The notes beneath the pieces are model-generated. The model was not told where the DNA came from. It did no database searches and saw nothing but the letters and a program-made list of their open reading frames with translations. A program made the translations under genes and the position numbers. A stretch of DNA of 64,000 nucleotides from the human T2T-CHM13v2.0 reference genome, Homo sapiens: the NCBI RefSeq assembly GCF_009914755.1, contig NC_060936.1; one strand, given 5' to 3'. Below, piece after piece: positions 45,061 to 59,449 of the stretch; position 1 is the stretch's first letter; the number at the start of each line of letters is the position of its first letter.

Positions 45061-47064
45061 TCTCTTGGGGTGAAAATGTTGATGGTGCCAGCGAGCCCTC
45101 TTGAAGAAACCTAGGTAAAACTTAGGAAAGACCAAAGCTTTTGCCTCCAATTACAAAAAACATTCAGTTTTATCGAACCTTTTTTTCCTGGAAAAATGTT
45201 CTAACAAGTAATTGACAGTATTTGATAATTGCTGTACATGTAGTTCCCCTGAGTTTTATTTCACTGGCATCCATTAAGGTAGTGATTTCTCCACTTGCTG
45301 GCATCTCCACCAGTTCCCCCACAAATATTAGCAAAAACATGTATTCCTATTAGAGAAAACTCCCCACCACACACACATACAAAAAAACCCAAAAAGTCAT
45401 AAAATTGTAATGTCAAAAATCATGAACTAATGAATTATATAAGGAATAGCAGCAAAATAAAAGATGAATATAAAAGCTAAATTTATAAGTCTTCAAGCAT
45501 TATTTAAGCTAATTTTTCTAGATTTTTATAGTCTTTTCTTGCTTAATATGTTTGGGGAGAAAAAATAAATATGTATAAACAAACAAACTCTGGGGGCCTG
45601 TTTTTATTCTTAAAGCCAGATCCTAAAAGCTCTGAAGTTTGACCCAAACGTGGCTGGGGATCCAGAAGTATACAGAGTGAGTGATTTATCACAAGGAGTG
45701 GTTTGCTTCAAAGGGTACCAAAAACAGAAATTCAAGGTGTAGATTATAATGTAATTTTCAAGATTATTTAAAAATGCCTTCCCTCAAATGGAGCAACATA
45801 GTTATCTAATTAATTCAGATGAATAAATATTATCCTTTAATTCATATCTCATTAGCCTGACACAAGCTGGAACACATTGTTCTTTATCATACAACATACA
45901 TTTCTTGCTATAAAATGATAAATTTTAGGAAATAAGGTGTATAATGGAAGACCAATTGCTCCAGAAGAGATGTGCATAACTTGTAATCTTGTAAATTAAT
46001 TCTGCCCGGGCTGCATTCCAGTTTTCCAGAAGAACAATGATTAACAAAGGAAAGCCCACCCAATGGCATAAAAGACGGCATGAATACTGCTGCACAATTC
46101 CCTCTAGGCACACTCAGAAAATTTTCAGGATCCTACATGAAATCTTTTTTTCTAAATAGTAATTTCATTAAAATATGTGCTGCAACTGAAGTTGTGAGTG
46201 AGAAAAAGTGCAGTGAAGGAACAAGGCAAGAAAATGGAGTTTTAGAAACTACACAGTAAACGATTGCTGATAAATGTAAGCATTCTGGTACAATTAAGGG
46301 TAGTTTTGTGTGCAGAAAAGATTATTCGAGATACTTTATTAATAACCTTTTATTAAAGTTACAGATGCTGAAATTGAATTCTTCCTTGAGCTTTTATGTT
46401 CAACTTCTTATTCTAATTTAAAAATCTAGCAAATATTTACAACTGCTTGTTATGGGGATTTGAATAATACTGGTTGGTTTCCACTTATAACCTTGGTAAC
46501 TTAAATACTTTCAATATGACAAACGTTGTTTATAAATTTAATACATTGTATTTTCCTTTTAAGTTAAAATTTCTGATTGACAGGCTCTTCCATAATACTT
46601 AAGAAACTCAGATAAATCAAATTAACTTTATATGGTGAAATTAGAATTATTTTAATATTCTGGTGCTATATATAACCTCAGAAATATTCACCAAAATCTA
46701 TTATTCTGTTATATATTTGAAATTGATATATGTAATACTAATTATGCATAAATTCTAAACATAATATGAATACTATGGTTCTGATTCCTTTAAGCATTTT
46801 TATACTAATTTTTATACTAATTCTAAATATTCCCATAGTTAAATGCTACTTTTCTCTGGGGAGACAATTGCATTCTTTGTCAATTAGGTTACTTTTCACT
46901 AGCAATTTTACTGGGAATGAGATCTGTAACTTTAGACATTGAGAGCAATTCTCATCGCCTGCTATTTAAGTAGTTATTATTTTAGAAACACCTTAGCATG
47001 CTTGAGACTACCCAAAGGCTAGAGACTTTGACCAAATCTAACTTTTAACTTAGAAAAATTCATA

Positions 47065-47648
47065 AGCTACACTTCTTAATGCATATACCTCCATGGTCCA
47101 AAGCATCAATGAAATCTTTACAATCCCCTAGACAGCCCTATGTAATCTGGTTCCCCCATTTCTACCTATTTCCTCTCTTATCCATAAAACTCCTACTTAC
47201 CCTCTTCCTTATTCACTCTACTCCATCCACACCAGTTTTCTTGCTACCTCTAGTCCTTGCCCAATGTGTTCCTGCCTCAGGGCCTTTGCACTGGCTCTTC
47301 CCTCCACTTGGAATACTCATTCTCTCAGGTGAATTCATGCCAATGACCTTCAGGTTTTTACTCAGACATAACTTTCTCCAAAAGGCCTATTCCAACCATG
47401 CTATTTGAAACTGCAACCCTGCCCTCTCTCTCCACCCCTGTCACTATTCCCTATTCTTCTCCCACTCAATTTATTTTTTCCATATCACTCAACAGCATCT
47501 GACATGCTATACATTTTAATTATTTACGTACTTATTGCCTATTTCTCCCAAAGCTCCATGAGGGACAAGATTCTTTTCTTTTTTGTTCAGTGCTGAATCC
47601 TGATAGTTAAAAAGTTCTCAAAAAAATATCTGTTGAATGAATGAGTAA
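47065..47648 (+). mobile_element. L2a 3' end
   Basis: CCTGCCTCAGGGCCTTTGCACTGGCT, AAGCTCCATGAGGG and the tail TGTTGAATGAATGAGTAAATG. Confidence 0.8.
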
Positions 47649-49306
47649 ATGGAGCAAAAAAGCTAACTTCTGGGTGCCACAGAAAGAGAGTCCATGTTAT
47701 TGTTGACATCCTTGTAAAGAATGCAAAGTTGTCTGAGCACTTCAGCAATGGTTTCTGCAAGCAATGTGCAAATTTGGAGACAGCCTTCCCTGTTCTTCTG
47801 AGCAGGCCTGGGATGACCTCTGCCTGTTTTCAACCATTATTGATGGTAATTATTCATGTTTGAAATTAACATTACATTTCTTGAAAAATGTCCCTTAATT
47901 AGAATTTTCACTGTTTCAAACTAGCCTTATCCCTTAATTAGTCCAAAGTGGTAACTGAAGTTTATGTCCCAGCTCAATTCATTCTCCTTCTTTACCTTAA
48001 TCTCCTGTTTTCTCATTTGTCCCATTAACCATAAATGGGGCTGAGAGAGGCACAAATTGTTTTCTCATGATGAAAGGTCTGAATCGACTAATTAGGTCAG
48101 TCAATTCCCAGAGTGCAAAGGCTAAATTTTCTTGCTTGGATATGCACCACATATCTGCAAACCACAGCACAGTTAGTTATCAAATATTCTGCAAATGTTC
48201 CCATGCGGAGCTCCCTCTGAGGGTGATCAGGGAGGCTTGGAACAGATCAGAAAGAATTTTGTCCACATGTTTATCATGCAGGAGGGAACTCTGTGAGGGA
48301 AAACTATTCTTCAACTTCTTTTATCACTATTAATATAGAAACAAAGCAAAAGAAGAGCGGACTGTGCTGTTCTCCCTGTTCTGAGTATCTGGACATGGGC
48401 TTTATCTTTTTTATGGAAAGTACAGGGTTGTGGGGTGAGGGGTGGAACCACTTATCATTCATCTTCCTGTATTGATATTCATTATGTAGGAGTAAGAACA
48501 TCTTGCCCTGACTTGTATTACCCCAGGCAACAAAACCAATTAAACTCCCTTAATGGACAATTCCTAAATGTCCTATATATGGAGCCAACTTGGCACTTCC
48601 CCCACTGTGTTAAGAGCTTAGTGAAAAGTCCCACAGAAGTATGATGCTGGGGCTAAAAATGTCCAATGGCACTAGCGATGAAAAAGTCAGACAGAATCTT
48701 GGGGTTCTCAAGTCCATGTTTCCCTTGAATTTCTTTACTTAAGCCAAAAGGGAAACATGTAATATCTGATTGTCTGTGGATGCTATATTTGACATGAGGA
48801 AGATTTCCATTCTCATAGGAAGAAATAAACCAAAGAAAGAGTTATGACCTTGTGGCTTACTCATTCTACAGGGGGAATTATCCAAGGTATTTAAAAAAAT
48901 AGGGCCCCTGTTTTTTAAAACCAAACCCTAAGATATTTTTAGAAACCTTGAAGATTGCTTGCCATAAAAAGCTATCATCATTAAAAAAGCAGGAGATTTT
49001 CTAGCTCGTAAAACACGAAAGTTTGGCTTTATATCTGAACAGACTAACTCTTATTTTAGAAAAACCACTTAAATAGACCCATTAGTTTTATTGATGTAAA
49101 TAAAATATACATCCATAGCTTAAAGAAAAACTTTCAGGTAGTTACGTAACTAAATGCAGATATTGAAAGTCAATCAGATACTGCATATCATCACTCTTCC
49201 ATCTGCTGTATACTTTTGTATATTGTGGTTCAGGGTTTTAGCTGTCTCTTAGTTTTATTAAAGATGGAATTTCTACTTTTCTTGATCATTTTTCTTGTTG
49301 TTTTAG

Positions 49307-49408
49307 CGCAATTTATGAGAGGATGATGTGGCAAAATGATTTGAAAATTGGAAGTGATTTACTGCACAACTTAAATATTTTGTCTTATCATTACAGCAAC
49401 TCTATAAG
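49307..49408 (+). other. Candidate spliced exon (102 nt) of an unidentified transcript
   Basis: Acceptor TTTTTCTTGTTGTTTTAG| and consensus donor AAG|GTGAGT in repeat-free sequence; one reading frame is open. Confidence 0.35.
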
Positions 49409-49949
49409 GTGAGTACACTGGGAAGGATAAATTTTATTAAAATAAATAGAAGGAAAGACGAAGTTTTGCCTTCTTGGGGAGAGGCATGGCTCAGCTCTGT
49501 TTAGATAAAAAATGATCTTGGACCTTGGACATTTTGATGGAAAAAGGTTGGGCTTGCTGGGCACCATTTGAAGGACTGTGGCTAAATACAGAGGGTACTA
49601 CATTTTTCTACATGCTACATGTTGTGAGGGATTTTGAATCTTACTGGGAAGCATGGAAGAAAAGGGACTCATGGTCCAAGAACTGAAAAGAAAGGTGTGG
49701 GAAGAGGAAAGATGAGAAGAAAGAACAGAAGGGAGATGGGAGAAGAATGGAGGAAGAGAAAGACAAACAGAAGGAGTGAGTGTGAAAGAAGAAGGGCTGT
49801 GTTGTTTATGAGCAGCATATCAATAGGTAGGAACTGGAAAGAAAGTTGGCCACAAGAAGTTCCCCATGGCAGCAGGGGATGGTAGGCTCTAGGACAGAGC
49901 AGTCCCATCCTGAGGTTTAAGGTGTGTGCTAGGCTGGGCGGCATACCTA

Positions 49950-51220
<1,271 letters not shown>

Positions 51221-51629
51221 AATTTTCCCCAAACTTTTATAAGCACCCTTTCTAGTGATTTTTTGTTAGCAGTGAGGGGCAGAATGGGAGAAAGAGGACA
51301 GCCCTGCAAACTGGAGGGATAATTAGAGCTTGGAGAGTTAGAAGGAAAAGTTTCAAGCATAGGAAGAGTCAGACAAACACCACTCCCTTCAGGCACTCAC
51401 ATAAATGTGAGGAGGGGGCACAAGTCACCTCCCTTAGCCACTAAGATCAAAGATAATCCCAGATTGCTGGAGACTCGGGGACACCTAGACAGCATATCCT
51501 GTTTGCAAAGGTGTTATTATTACAATCTCATGGAGAAAAAAACGAATTGTCAGACACTAGATGAAGTCAGACTTCATTTGTGGGCCCAAAACCTGACAGC
51601 CCAGCAGAAGCAGCAGGGCCTGGTAAATG

Positions 51630-51792
51630 CTAGACCACAGTTTCCAAAACACACAGATTCTAGTTCACGAAACACACAGATTCTAATTCAGTTGGTCTGG
51701 GGAAGAGGTCAGGGGTCTACATTCTAAAAACAACCCATCCCAACACACCCCTATTCAGTTATAATATATCTCCAGATTTGGGAATTACTAGA
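51630..51792. mobile_element. MER5-like MITE
   Basis: CAGATTCTAATTCAGTTGGTCTGGGG ... TTTGGGAATTACT. Confidence 0.55.
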
Positions 51793-52629
51793 CCAAATAA
51801 CTCTTAAGGTATTTTTCACTCCTGAATTTCTGTGAATCTCTAAAAATAGAATTTTTTTCAATAGAGGCTATATGAACTTCCGCTCAGGTCATGGATTATT
51901 TATTCTTTTGTTCAATAAGCATTTGATGCAAACTTTTTATTGATGAGGCACTGAGCTGCCTTTAAACACATGTGCTCCTTAGGAGTAAAGTGGGGTTGAT
52001 TTGACAGAATTGTCTCTGCCCTTAATGAAGTTACAATACCATACAGTTAAAGAAATTAGATGTCCAAGAAATAATTTGGGACACATAGGGCATTATATGA
52101 ACTAAAATTTCAGTTATCTTTCCATCAACATTGCCAAGCACCCTGAAAAGTCCCAAAACCACAAATAAGTTGGGTTATTCTTGACCTTTTGTGCCTTCCC
52201 CATAGCACCCCTTGTGAGATGTAACCTCTTTTTCTTCTACAGCTCTTATATGCTTTTATATCTCTATATTGTAACTCTTTGCACAAACTGCTTCTTCATC
52301 CTCAATATGTATCAAGTACATGTGTTCTGCATACAGTAGGGGTTTAAGAGTTTCAAATGAGTCAGTGGCCGACCAGAAGGGAAATGGTTTTTCAAAGTGG
52401 TTTTTGCTTTGAAAGAGGCATCTATAAGGCAATGAGGACAGAAAAGGAAATAGAAAAATGAAGCTGAGAAAAGAAAGATGCAAAGATGAAAAGTAGGGAT
52501 GGTGAGGGGTGGCACAGAGATAAACTGCGGTGGTGTGGTATAAAAGCAGGAACCACATTGGTACCAGAGAGGTGGAGTTCACTGGCAAAAAGAGAAGATA
52601 AAAGACAAAAGGCTAGGGGTGGCCTTTGC

Positions 52630-52679
52630 CTTGGTCTTCAGAGATCTTCAATGATCTTCAATGATCTCTGAAGACCAAG
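52630..52679. repeat. Perfect 17-bp inverted repeat with a 16-nt spacer
   Basis: CTTGGTCTTCAGAGATC-TTCAATGATCTTCAAT-GATCTCTGAAGACCAAG. Confidence 0.97.
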
Positions 52680-53049
52680 TCAGAGGCCTCCCCTAGCAAG
52701 TGTTGGAAGCGAAAAGTGGAAGAGGAACTGACTCTTGTATTTTAAACTCGATCCCCCAGCCCTCCAGGAGATCCAGGTAGTGGGCAGGGAGTTATCAGAG
52801 TCATGTCATAGAGAAGTCTAAGAAACCCAGATAAGGAGATGAGGGATGAGTGTCACCAGGAAGCAGATCCCTGTATGAGAATCAGTATGTGGCAACAGAA
52901 ATCAAACCACTTTCAACTAGACCCAAACTTAATGTAAAGACACATCTTCTAATATATCCCAACAGGGCTGAAATTAATCCTAGAGATGGAGAGTTTTGAA
53001 CCTGCAGGGTAGGATAGGCAAATGATTACACTTGACTAACTAAATGGAC

Positions 53050-53558
53050 CTTGAGGTTGACTTGCCAACACCCAGACCCACTATCTTACCTACGTTTTTG
53101 TCCATGGAGGCAAACCAAGAGGACAGGGGATGCTGACTCCAGGCTGGCTCCACACATAAAGCATGCTCTTAGGGCCTAAAAAATCAGAGTATTTTTACCA
53201 TCTGGCCCAAGACAAATATTTGGGCTGCAAGGCAGGAGGGAGCATTTGCCTGAGGTTTTGGGTCAAATAGTAACAGGTTTTTCAGGCAGTGGGTGTAGAC
53301 CTGGGAGTTGTTGGCAGCCATGTTGGGACAAAAGCATAGCAGCTTTGGCACAAAGCTGCATCACTCACCACTGAGTATCAGAGAAAAGGACAGAAACCAA
53401 GTCCTTGGTGATGCAATTTTGTGACTGGATCAAACCAATCCTGACACCTATACACTTCTGAATTTCCAGTTATGTGAGCCAACAAATCTTCTTTATGGCA
53501 TAAGCCAGTTTAATTTGTGTTTTCTGATATGGTAACTGGATGCATTCTAACTGAGACA
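53050..53558 (+). mobile_element. MLT1 (J/K-like) LTR
   Basis: TTCCAGTTATGTGAGCCAACAAATC...TAAGCCAGTTT...ATTCTAACTGAGACA. Confidence 0.6.
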
Positions 53559-54213
53559 ACCTTCAAAGTGATCAGGTAGGTGTTCATGGAGAACAGAACC
53601 TGGCAAAACATGCTGGAGAAACCAGGGAAGTCAAAGATCAGAGAAGGCTGGTGTAGCCAATGAAAACTACACAAGTATCTTGAGAAGTGTCTCTGAAGAA
53701 AAGGTAGATGTGGCAGATGAGGAAGAGAGTAGGCCTTGCCATCTGCAAGAAGGGTGTGACCCACCACACAGGAATGGGCTAGGACCAGCTGAGCATGGCC
53801 CTTCCCTTCCCTTGTCTGACAGTTATGGAAAGGAATTCTTTCATTTCCTGGTGAGCAGCAGCTCTACCCATTGCATCAGCTTGCTGTGCTCACCTGGTGT
53901 CTGCTCCTTAATCAGACATGGGAGCCAGGGCAAGTGAATGCCAAGTTGTGAAAATAGAAGAACAGGTAAATGGAAGTTCTCTCCAATTTGCATCTGGAGT
54001 AACACAGGGGTGATAGATGTGAGAAAGCCAAATTGCTAGGTAATGTACACATCAGGCATAGCTTGCTGCAGTATGATATGGTCATGAACAACTTTCTTTG
54101 AGAAATTTGCCTCGACTATCAAATGTGGTTTTCTTTTCCTTTAATGTTCTATAATTAGTTAATAAAAATGTCTGTAATCCAAATTAATATCCATAATGTA
54201 CCAATCAAAATCA

Positions 54214-54699
<486 letters not shown>

Positions 54700-55414
54700 T
54701 GAGACTCAATGAAAATCTAGAATTTAAATGGTAAATTTCTTAGAAGTGAGCCCCTCTTGATTCCCCTCTGGTTTTCAAAAGGAAATCCTCATTCATAAAA
54801 TGTCTGAAAATGACTTTCATAATTGAAGCTGTGACTCTTAGTTTGGGGCCCTAGCATGCCAGCAATTCAGTCAGATTATCTGAAATAATGATTTATCATT
54901 GCAGATAGTCCAGCAATAATTTCAGATACCACAGCCTCTGCTGACACTTTTCAGATGTTTTCCTTATGATAAATTTATCTGTTTTTACTTTTTTCATTAA
55001 ATGTATCTGCTCTGGTGTCTTTGTTCCTTCTTCCATTAGTCTGGAAATCCTTGTGCAAGCCTGAGCCATAAGCTATCCCTCCATCTCTTGAAGAACACAG
55101 TAATGGAGTAAGAATTCATAAGTGTATGCCTCAGAATCCTCAGATATCTGGGACCTGGGAGTCTCAAAATCGAGGCTATGCAGAGCTGGATAAAATAAAA
55201 CTAGAATCAGGGTCCCCTGAGTCGTGGAAACTACTCCAGTATCCAAATGTATCTGAGCCTCTTTGCACATCCAGGGAAGACTAAAAGTATTTTCCAGCCT
55301 ATGAAATCAATTTCTTACAAAGATAAAAGGAAATTATTGTTGGTCTTTTTACTTTATGACCTACCTCTTTGTAATAAGAATTGAGGCAAATTTGTCATCA
55401 AATGCTCTTTGCAG

Positions 55415-55680
55415 AGAGGTAGGATGTCATAATGGAGGGAGCCCAGGCCCTGAGGTTAGACATAAATGGAGATGAATACAAGTTCCCTCACTGATCAGCT
55501 CTATGCCTTCTGGCAAGTTACTTAATCTCTCTGACCCTTGCTCTCCTTTGCTATAAAAAGGGGTTATTGATACCTGCATTTTGGGCATGTTATATGGATT
55601 AGGAATAATCTATTAAAAACGCATAGCATAGTGGCTGGTACAAAGTAGACATTCAACAAATTACAGTTATTATCATCATT
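55415..55680 (+). mobile_element. MIR
   Basis: GGCAAGTTACTTAATCTCTCTGA core. Confidence 0.7.
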
Positions 55681-57129
55681 TTCAAAGTAAATTAGTTTAA
55701 ACATTTAGGAATCGGTTTATGCTTCCAGATGACTACATAAACCTGAGAGATTTTTTTTTTTTTTTGCCCCATATAAATTTTCTGTAATTGTATACACTGG
55801 CTGTGAATCCAGTTATGAATCGAGAATAATATATTTAAAGTAATCTTATTCCAGATTAAAAATAAATTCTAATGGTTTGCCTCAAAAAGAGAAACAATCA
55901 AGCTTCCCATTAAGACAAATTCAGTAACCACAAAAGCATGCAGAGCTAGACAAAAGAAGATAGTACTATTCTTTCCACGAGTGTGTGACTCATTTTCAAC
56001 TCAAAGATGGTGCACAGGAAACAAACGCTCATTTACCCACTAGGCTGCTCGGAGCCTGCAGGGATACAGACAACACCCCACTCATATTTTGCACATTCAG
56101 GCAAAATGTTATGTCCTTCCTCACTGGATTCAGTCCCATTTTTGCAGGTGTAACTTTTATAAGCAAGACTGAAAAGAAAAAAGAAAAAAACATGTCATTT
56201 GGGAGTGCATTCAAAGCCCATTAAGATGACACATTCACTCGTATTTCTCTTTAACCTTCAGGCCACAGGACAGCCTCCCAACCCAGCTAAAGAATCAAGG
56301 GCGGAAGGCCAAAATCATCTGAAAACAAATATGATACTTCAAAAATGTCTGAAAAGGACAGGTGTGCTTTTCAAGAAGGCTTTCCCTCAGTGGCTTTACC
56401 TTTTGTGTGCGGCCCGGATGTAGCTGATAAACCAAGGCTTTCTGACTTTGCAGCTTGATAGATATAATTTTCATAGTATATGGAAAGATAATGCACCCAA
56501 TGTATTGGACAGTTGTCCCTGTGTTATCAAGCAGTGTGTTCTCTTATTTCACTAACAAATGTCCAGACAAACACACATTGTGGCAAATGCAAGGAAATCA
56601 CTAGCCTGTGTTTGAAACTTAAGCCTCCCCGTTCTTTAGAGTATAGCAGTATTCAGGCAATAGGGATGCATGGTACGAGCATTACCCTTTCTCTCTCTCC
56701 AGACTCCAGAACATGACAATAGCTGATATGTTTCAGTGCATGAATAATTCTGATTCCAGCTAGACAATTGTTGTGAAGGAATTGTCCTTATAATATTTGT
56801 CTCATAAAAATATGTATATTTTATTATAAAACAAGAATGTTCAAATGGACATCCACATTTTGGCCCCAAATCCTCCCCTTTTGTGCATCTTATGCAAAGT
56901 ACATGTCAATAAGTATTTATCAAATGAATGTTAAAAGCATGAAAGAATGTTTTATGGGGATTTTGATGTCTTTCTAGTGAGATACTGTTTTTCATTTAAT
57001 CATAACTCATTTTTTTTGAGATGAGAAAATTTAGACTCAAAGTCATGATAAGCCACCAACATCATAAAGAGCAGACTCAGGAACTGAACTGTATTCTCTG
57101 CCTGTCCCTTCATGCAATTTCTTTCTCCT

Positions 57130-57345
57130 TTCTACAGAAAAATCCCCCCTTCCTGCTATTTCCACCCCTGAAATATTTATAGGCTGATGTCCTCTTTAGT
57201 CATCACTGAGCTAAGCTGCAATCTTTTAATCATTTCTCAGAAGTCATTTTCTCTATCGGCTTAATCATTTCATTTACTTCTGACTCCACCCAAAGTGCTT
57301 ACGTCCCTTAAACATGAGGTTCCAGAACTGAAACACAGTCCTTCA
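57130..57345 (-). mobile_element. L3/CR1 relic
   Basis: CCCTTAAACATGAGGTTCCAGAACTGAAACACAG resembles the antisense L3 ORF2 end. Confidence 0.4.
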
Positions 57346-57499
57346 AGGAACCAGAGAGAAGCCAGGCAACATCAATCAAGCCCCTTGATGATGGAACGTG
57401 TCCTCACATGTGACTCAATAGACGTTTTGCTGTGGGACTCTAATTCTGTCTTGCCTTATAGGCAAGATGCAATCTTTATCAGAGCTCCAGGGGTAATGC

Positions 57500-57735
57500 T
57501 GTGTCACACAAAAATGTGCACTGCTTTTGATATCAGGCACACCTGGGTTCAAATCTTGGCTTCCCGATTTACTACTTACGTAACCTAAGGCAAGTTATTA
57601 AGCGTCTCTAAATCTTGGTTTCTTTGTCAGAGACAAGTTGGGAGGAATACTAGCTACATCATAGGAGTCTTGTGAGAACTAAATCACTTAATATATGTAA
57701 ATGGCCTGTATATACTATACCTAGCACACATTACA
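57500..57735 (+). mobile_element. MIR
   Basis: ACCTGGGTTCAAATCTTGGCTTC...GGCAAGTTATT. Confidence 0.7.
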
Positions 57736-57739
57736 TACA

Positions 57740-58645
57740 GCACATTTACTAACCTCTAAATCTAGTGTTAAATCAATTTCTTTCTCTCTCACCGCACTCC
57801 ATTCAATTTACCAGGAATTCTGTCCACCTTTCTTTCAGTTTTTCTGAACGTATCCATTTCTTCCCATTGATATGAGTCACAATTAGATCAGCTGCCACCT
57901 GATCAGACCCACCATCATTTCTAACCAGACCATTGCCATAGCCTCCTGACTCATTCCCCTGCTTTCATCCTTGCCTTTTATAATCCTTTCTCTACACTGT
58001 AGCGATGTCATCTTTCTAAAAGATTACTTGGACCAGTCCACTTGCCTGCATAAAACATGGCATAGGGTTCCCACTACACTTAAAAACAAATCCAAAATTC
58101 TTGCCATGGACTACAGGACCTCAAGTGATCTTTCCCTGCTTGTATCTCTGAAGTTATCCTTCTCCCCTCTTCTATCACTTACTCTACTTTTAGCCATATA
58201 TGGCTTTTGGTTTCTTGAGCTCACTAAGCTTATTCTGGTGCCAGAAACTTTGCCCTTTCCATTCCCCGAGACTTAGATGTTCTTCCCCAAGATCTTTACA
58301 TGATTGGTTCCTTCTCACCATTTCAGTCTAAGACCAGAGGTCACCTCCTCCAAGAGGTCTCCCTTGGTCACCAAATCTCACGTTGTCTCTCCCTGATAAC
58401 CTAACACTGACACTTTCTAGCACATTACTTTGTCTTATTTTCTTTATATCACTTTATCACTATCTGAAATTACCATCTTTATTTATTTGTTTGTTTATTT
58501 CCAGAATGTTTTTCTCTCTCAACAGAATGCCAGCCCTATGAAAGAAGGAACCTTGTCTACTTTGCATCTCTCAATATTGTTACCTCCTAAAATTGTGCCT
58601 GGCATGAAGTAGACACTCAATAAATATTTGACAAATGGATAAATT
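57740..58645 (+). mobile_element. L2a 3' portion
   Basis: CCACCATCATTTCT, TAGCCTCCTGACT and GTGCCTGGCATGAAGTAGACACTCAATAAATATTTG. Confidence 0.8.
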
Positions 58646-58784
58646 GGTTTGGAAGAACTGGGCTCTATCATACTTTTCATAAGTATGAAAAGCATTTGAC
58701 AAGATAATGAAATCTTAAGGTATTCTCACATAAATTTAATATCTCAGCCCTAAATTTTGCATAGCCAGGAAATTCTGTAGCATT

Positions 58785-59020
58785 ATAAAATGGTTCAGAA
58801 CACAGAGCATGTTTTAATCCTAGCTTTGCCACTTCCTTTCTGTGTGACCTTGGATAAGTCAGCTGACGTATTAAAACTGGTTTTCTTGTCTAAAAATATA
58901 AAGATAATAACATACAATATTAGAGGGTTTTGTGAGGATTAAAAGAGCTAAGTCTATAGCACAGTTCCTGGAACATTGTGTGCAGTCAATAAATGGTGGT
59001 TATTATTATTACGGTTATTG
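58785..59020 (+). mobile_element. MIR
   Basis: AATCCTAGCTTTGCCACTT...TGTGTGACCTTGGATAAGTC...TTGTGAGGATTAAA. Confidence 0.7.
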
Positions 59021-59034
59021 TTTTTACAGTAATT

Positions 59035-59290
59035 AATTCTGGCACCATATTTTACAAAGAACTTTGACAAATTGGAGCCCATCCAGAGGAGAACAAACAA
59101 TCTTGTGAAGGGTCTGGAAACCACAACTTGTAAGGAATGATGGAAAGAGCTGAGGATGTTTACCTTGGAAGAGACACATTTTAAGAGGAACATGATAGCT
59201 TTTTTAAAAACACTGAAAAGAACTGTCTGGTGGAAGAGAGATTTGATTTATTCAATGTTACTCTGGAGTATACATTTAAAGCCAAAGAGT
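59035..59290 (+). mobile_element. L3/CR1 ORF2 3' relic (tail piece at ~59955-60115)
   Basis: TGACAAATTGGAGCCCATCCAGAGGAGA...GAAGGGTCTGGAAACCA...GAGCTGAGGATGTTTA. Confidence 0.7.
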
Positions 59291-59449
59291 AAAAGTTAAA
59301 TCTTAAATTCTTTATGATCTAATAACCAAACTTTCCCAAACCAAAATAGTATTGAATTCTACTTATAATAGTAAAAACTTTTAAGTCATGTTTGCATAAA
59401 TTTTTATTAGGGAAATTATATCGTATATGAAGCCACTTGCAATTACCAC

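Noticed and set aside
49634-49944. Arg/Lys-rich and Leu/Phe-rich opposing ORFs
   Set aside because: Product of a low-complexity purine tract.
53339-53359. 9-bp hairpin GCAGCTTTG-GCA-CAAAGCTGC
   Set aside because: Chance-level length, inside an old LTR.
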